Shown here piece after piece: positions 35,975-40,095 of a stretch of 40,095 bases of DNA. Made by a program: the position numbers and the translations under genes. The DNA lies in the NCBI GenBank assembly GCA_041640455.1, contig JBEQAF010000006.1, forward strand, positions 1 through 40,095, written 5' to 3'. Below the pieces are notes generated by a model. The model saw only the letters and a list, made by a program, of their open reading frames with translations. It was not told where the DNA came from and ran no database searches. This stretch comes from a bacterium (GTDB taxonomy: Bacteria > CALINM01). Each line of letters opens with the position of its first letter. Positions within the stretch are counted from its first letter, which is position 1.

Positions 35975-37737
35975 CAGACCTCTAAATCAAACGTGGTGTT
36001 GGTTATCAGCTCATCTATTGTAGTAACCCCTTCAAGAACAAGTTTTAGCCCCGCTTGCTTTAACGGTACAAAACCTTCTTTAATGGCTACATCTCTTATC
36101 TGTTCGGAAAAGGCTCTGTTAAGAATAAGATTTTTTATCTTTTCGGAGACAATAAGTAGTTCATATATAGCTATTCTGTCATAGTAGCCTGTTTCATGGC
36201 ATTTTGTGCAGCCCTCTCCTCTGTAAAATTTTGCAAAGGGCGGTAGATTAAGCTCCACTATCATGCTCTCTGGTGGGGTATACTCTTTCTTACAGTTATA
36301 GCATATCTTTCTTAGCAGTCTCTGGGATGCTATACCGTTGATGGCAGGCGCTATAAGATAGGGCTCTATCCCCATATTAAGCAGCCTAACTATGGTAGAT
36401 ATGGAGTCGTTGGTATGAAGGGTTGATAAAACAAGATGTCCTGTTAAAGCTGATTGTATGGCAATTTCAGCGGTCTCTCTGTCTCTTATCTCACCGATAA
36501 AGAGTATGTCCGGGTCCTGCCTTAGAATATTTCGGAGCGACTGGGCAAATGTCAGATTTATCTTTGGATTTACCTGTATCTGATTAACCCCTAAAATCTG
36601 ATACTCAACGGGATCTTCAACTGATATAACATTTCTCTCTTTCTTGTTAATATACTTCAGGCAGGCATAGGCAGTGGTGGTTTTACCGCTTCCGGTGGGT
36701 CCTGTGATAAGAAACATCCCATAGGGTCTATTGAGTAGCTTCCTTGTTTTGATCAACATATCCGCCTGGATATTAAGTTTTTCCAGATCAAAGAGCTCAT
36801 CTCTTTTTCTAAGTAGCCTCAAAACCACCTTTTCACCCTGAATAGTAGGTGAGGTAGAAACTCTCACATCAATAAACTCTCTCTGCTCTGTCAATCTTAA
36901 AACACTTCTTCCTACATAGCTTTTAAGCTTATACTTTCCACCCTCAACAAAAAATTCAAACTGCAGATGTCCATCCTGAGGTAGCCTTTTTTCAGCTATA
37001 TCCATATTAGCCATAATCTTAATTCTTGATACTATGGGGTTTAATAATGGTCTCGGAAGATCAATAGTATCGTGAAGAATTCCATCTATTCGAAACCTGA
37101 TTTTCATTTTTTCACCTACTGGCTCTAAATGAATGTCGCTTGCCCTTTCCTGTATGGCCTGATTTAGAAGACTATACACTATCTGAACAATAGGAGCTTC
37201 TTCAGCCAGTCTCTCAAGCTTTTCAGGAGATTCATCCCTGCTTCTAATCTCCAGAGACTTCAGGTCAATCTGTTTTAAAATATTTTCCAGATCCTCGCTT
37301 ACAGTGGCATAATATTTTTCAAGAGCCCTTTTCATAAGCGAATCAGTGGTTACCACTATTTTTATATTCTTTTTGAAATACTTCTTAAGTACATCAATGG
37401 CAGTAATATTTAAGGGATCTACCACAGCAATGGTAACTTCTCTGGGCGTATCATAGATAGATATAACATTGTAGGAAAAAGCAATATCTGGTGGCAGCAA
37501 AGCTGGATATGTTCTGTCTATTTCTAAAATATTTTCTCCAATGTATGGGAAGTTATACTGCTCACCGAGTGCTTTTGCTATCTTATCCTCAGTAATGTAT
37601 CCTTCTTTTACAAGAGTCTCGCCGATTCGTTCGCCCGTAATCTTGCTTTTTTTAAGAGCATCTTCCAGAATCTTATGACTAATATATCCCGAATCAATTA
37701 ATATCTCACCGAGTTTTTTCTTTACAAAGCTAACCAT
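35974..37737 (-). CDS. GspE/PilB/MshE family extension ATPase with N-terminal MshEN domain
   Basis: ASDIHLEP, DIAEKRLPQDG, Walker A GPTGSGKTT, EDPVEY, LRQDPD...GEIRD, TGHLVLSTLH, tetracysteine CYNC...CTKC. Confidence 0.94.
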   Translation of the reverse strand: MVSFVKKKLGEILIDSGYISHKILEDALKKSKITGERIGETLVKEGYITEDKIAKALGEQYNFPYIGENILEIDRTYPALLPPDIAFSYNVISIYDTPREVTIAVVDPLNITAIDVLKKYFKKNIKIVVTTDSLMKRALEKYYATVSEDLENILKQIDLKSLEIRSRDESPEKLERLAEEAPIVQIVYSLLNQAIQERASDIHLEPVGEKMKIRFRIDGILHDTIDLPRPLLNPIVSRIKIMANMDIAEKRLPQDGHLQFEFFVEGGKYKLKSYVGRSVLRLTEQREFIDVRVSTSPTIQGEKVVLRLLRKRDELFDLEKLNIQADMLIKTRKLLNRPYGMFLITGPTGSGKTTTAYACLKYINKKERNVISVEDPVEYQILGVNQIQVNPKINLTFAQSLRNILRQDPDILFIGEIRDRETAEIAIQSALTGHLVLSTLHTNDSISTIVRLLNMGIEPYLIAPAINGIASQRLLRKICYNCKKEYTPPESMIVELNLPPFAKFYRGEGCTKCHETGYYDRIAIYELLIVSEKIKNLILNRAFSEQIRDVAIKEGFVPLKQAGLKLVLEGVTTIDELITNTTFDLEV

Positions 37738-37792
37738 CGACCACCCTTAAAAATTTCCTTGAAAATTATTTTAATTAAGTTTATACCTATAA

Positions 37793-38491
37793 ATGATGAA
37801 AATTGCAATAGTTTCTGACATTCATGCTAATATTTATGCTTTAAAAGCTGTTTACAATGACATTAGAGAGCAGCAGGTAAACCAGATTTACAGTCTTGGA
37901 GATCTGGTAGGCTACTTCCCCTTCATTGAAGAAACCATTGATTTTATTAAAGAAAAAAACATTATCTCCATTCTTGGCAATTACGACAAGGCGGTCATAC
38001 ACCCTAATGAGAAAGAAGGTCTTCTTTACCTTATGAAAAACATACCTGAAGACAGAAAAAATATTTACCTCTGGACTCGAAAAAATACACCTGAAAGTGT
38101 AAAAAACTTTCTAACTGGTCTACCTTTGAAGATCAACCTTACCTTTCAAAACTTCAACATGCTTCTTGTTCATGGTAGCCCCTCAGGCATATCAAACTAC
38201 ATTTATCCAGATACATCGATGTTCTATCTCGAAAGCATGCTTAAAGACAATAACGTGGACGTAATAGCCTGCGGACATACTCATAAATCTATGGTGGTAT
38301 CAACTCAGGAAGGCTATGTAGTTAATCCTGGAAGTGTCGGGGTTCCCGATGAAAACAACCCCAACGCTTCTTATATGATAATAGAGATTAACTCCCATCC
38401 CAAATTTTATATCAGAACAGTGGAATACGATACCCAGCTGGTCTTAACCCTCCAGAAAGAGCAGATCTATTCTGACTTCGCGTCTGAATAG
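37793..38491 (+). CDS. Calcineurin-like metallophosphoesterase (YfcE/MJ0936-like)
   Basis: SDIHAN, GDLVGY, GNYD, HGSP, GHTH, NPGSVG. Confidence 0.9.
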   Translation: MMKIAIVSDIHANIYALKAVYNDIREQQVNQIYSLGDLVGYFPFIEETIDFIKEKNIISILGNYDKAVIHPNEKEGLLYLMKNIPEDRKNIYLWTRKNTPESVKNFLTGLPLKINLTFQNFNMLLVHGSPSGISNYIYPDTSMFYLESMLKDNNVDVIACGHTHKSMVVSTQEGYVVNPGSVGVPDENNPNASYMIIEINSHPKFYIRTVEYDTQLVLTLQKEQIYSDFASE

Positions 38492-39027
38492 TATTCGTAG
38501 TGAACCAGATCTCTAATCTCTTTTCTTGGTGGGCACTTGGGCTCCTCATCGGGATAACCAAAAGGAACTATTGCCACAACCTCAAAATTATCGGGTATCT
38601 CAAGCGCTATCCTAACTTTTTCTGCATCAAAAAGTCCTAAATAAACAGAGCCAACCCCTTCCTCCCATGCAGTAAGAACCATATTCTGCAAAGCAAGAGC
38701 AACGTCAAACATATACCAGTAGTCACCTTTATTGGTCATAGCCTCGCCTTTATAAAAACCAGATTTCTTTTTTTCAGCAAAGGCAACGACAACCAGCGGA
38801 GAGGCAAGAATGCTTGAATAGGCAGGATTTCTTGGTGAAAAGGCTTCCAGAATCCTGTTTTTTGAGGTATCTTCCTTAAGCAACACAAATCTCCAGCACT
38901 GGGTATTTGCCCAGGAGGGGGCATATCTTGCTGCTTCAAGCATTTTGGATACGACCTCTTCAGGAATAGGGGTTGTTTTAAACTTTCTTATACTCCTTCT
39001 TTTCATAATGGTATCAAAGGTGCTCAT
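38467..39027 (-). CDS. Nitroreductase family protein
   Basis: RRSIRKF, AARYAPSWAN.Q.WRF, D...A.QN..L.A...GVGS, PFGYP. Confidence 0.93.
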   Translation of the reverse strand: MSTFDTIMKRRSIRKFKTTPIPEEVVSKMLEAARYAPSWANTQCWRFVLLKEDTSKNRILEAFSPRNPAYSSILASPLVVVAFAEKKKSGFYKGEAMTNKGDYWYMFDVALALQNMVLTAWEEGVGSVYLGLFDAEKVRIALEIPDNFEVVAIVPFGYPDEEPKCPPRKEIRDLVHYEYYSDAKSE

Positions 39028-39044
39028 TCCTTTTACCTCCCTAA

Positions 39045-40095
39045 CTATTTTATATTTATCTTAAAAATTCTTATGGGCTCTGATTTTCCCTTAACCTTCT
39101 GAGGCTCACACTCTTCGATCTCAATATCGCTCATAGTGGCTAACTGATCTTTTACCTTTTCGTAGGTATACTCGGTAATGAGTATGTCTGCATTTAATGG
39201 TCTTGTCAGCGCCTCTACCCTTGCGCCGAGATTAACCGTATCCCCTATAACAGTATAATCCATTTTCTTGCCTTCTGCACCCATATTTCCTGCAATAGCC
39301 TCTCCAGTGTTTATACCTATACCTAACATAAGCGGATCTTTACCTTCTTTCTGCCATTTTTCGAGGAGAATTCTGTTTCTTTTTATCATCTCAATAGCAC
39401 AGACCACCGCCTTCAGCGCATGATCCTGCTGATCAAGCGGCACATTCCAGAGAGCCATTATCTCATCACCCACAAACTTGTCAAGGGTACCATCATTTTT
39501 CATAATCACCTCGGTCATCTCTCCCAGAAGCTCATTAAGAATCTGAACCACCTCCTCAGGCGTATGATGTTCCGAGAAGGTTGTAAAACCTCTCGCATCG
39601 GCAAAAAGCACAGTTATCTCCTTCCTTACACCACCCAGCTTTGCCATCTCAGGATTCTTAATAAGCTCATTTACAATCTTATCGCTTACATAGCTGGAAA
39701 AGATCTTCTTTATCTCCCTCCCAGACCTTTCTTCAATGCTATATTTATAAATCAGCGTTGCAATAAACATAGAAAGCGCCGTAATAGAAGGATATGTAAA
39801 GTTTATCCAGATGAAAATCTTAGAAAAGATAAAATAGGACATAACTGCATAGCCTATAAGAATTATAAAACCAAGTAAAATACTGCCCAGAACCCTGAGT
39901 CTTATAGCAAAAACCAGATACAATAAAAACATGGTAATAATTAGAATTCGGGTAATATATTCAGGAGCTTTTTTTAAAAATCTACCATTAATTAAATTTT
40001 CAATAGCAAAGGCATGCTTCTCAATTCCAGGCATATTCTGGGAAGTGGGAGTTACCCTGAGATCATAGATGCCAAGTGCAGTGGCACCTACCAAA
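39045..40095 (-). CDS. CHASE2-domain class III adenylate cyclase (5' part outside the window)
   Basis: CHASE2 end (VGATA...D...TP....PG.E.HA), three TM helices, FADARGFT, DKFVGD, GIGINTG, DYTVIGDTVNLGARVE. Confidence 0.9.
   Translation of the reverse strand, partial: LVGATALGIYDLRVTPTSQNMPGIEKHAFAIENLINGRFLKKAPEYITRILIITMFLLYLVFAIRLRVLGSILLGFIILIGYAVMSYFIFSKIFIWINFTYPSITALSMFIATLIYKYSIEERSGREIKKIFSSYVSDKIVNELIKNPEMAKLGGVRKEITVLFADARGFTTFSEHHTPEEVVQILNELLGEMTEVIMKNDGTLDKFVGDEIMALWNVPLDQQDHALKAVVCAIEMIKRNRILLEKWQKEGKDPLMLGIGINTGEAIAGNMGAEGKKMDYTVIGDTVNLGARVEALTRPLNADILITEYTYEKVKDQLATMSDIEIEECEPQKVKGKSEPIRIFKINIK

Overview
AT-rich, very gene-dense bacterial chromosomal segment. The gene set and architecture (tandem-PurS/PurL fusion, pyrK-pyrD, DUF4416, CHASE2 cyclase) suggest a Desulfobacterota/Nitrospirota-like diderm; this placement is inference. 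The left half is a minus-strand housekeeping run: ruvA-ruvC-yebC-prfB, a plus-strand tRNA-Asp, then a ~15 kb tightly overlapped run from a TIGR01212 radical SAM gene through rimI, pyrK, pyrD, yihY, a TPR-like protein, exbB, exbD, an ftsB-like gene, a GAF-GGDEF gene, a nitrilase-family gene, hldA, DUF4416, yicC, gmk and rpoZ to rel. The middle is a plus-strand mnmG-purB-purL-purQ-purF-pyrE-lipoprotein-purM-purN operon. The right part holds the most unusual locus (29.9-37.7 kb, minus strand). It starts with a minimal GspE/GspF/GspG-like module. Three coupled genes follow: (i) an 801-aa protein with the GxExE...NxGxHxS...R-x10-ExR signature of the glutamine synthetase/gamma-glutamylcysteine ligase/Pup-ligase (COOH-NH2 ligase) fold, (ii) a pyruvoyl phosphatidylserine-decarboxylase-like enzyme, and (iii) a divergent Lgt-like diacylglyceryl transferase. 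Together these look like an undescribed aminolipid-synthesis or lipid-conjugation pathway. The window ends with a metallophosphoesterase, a nitroreductase and a partial CHASE2 adenylate cyclase. No CRISPR array, integrase or IS element was seen.
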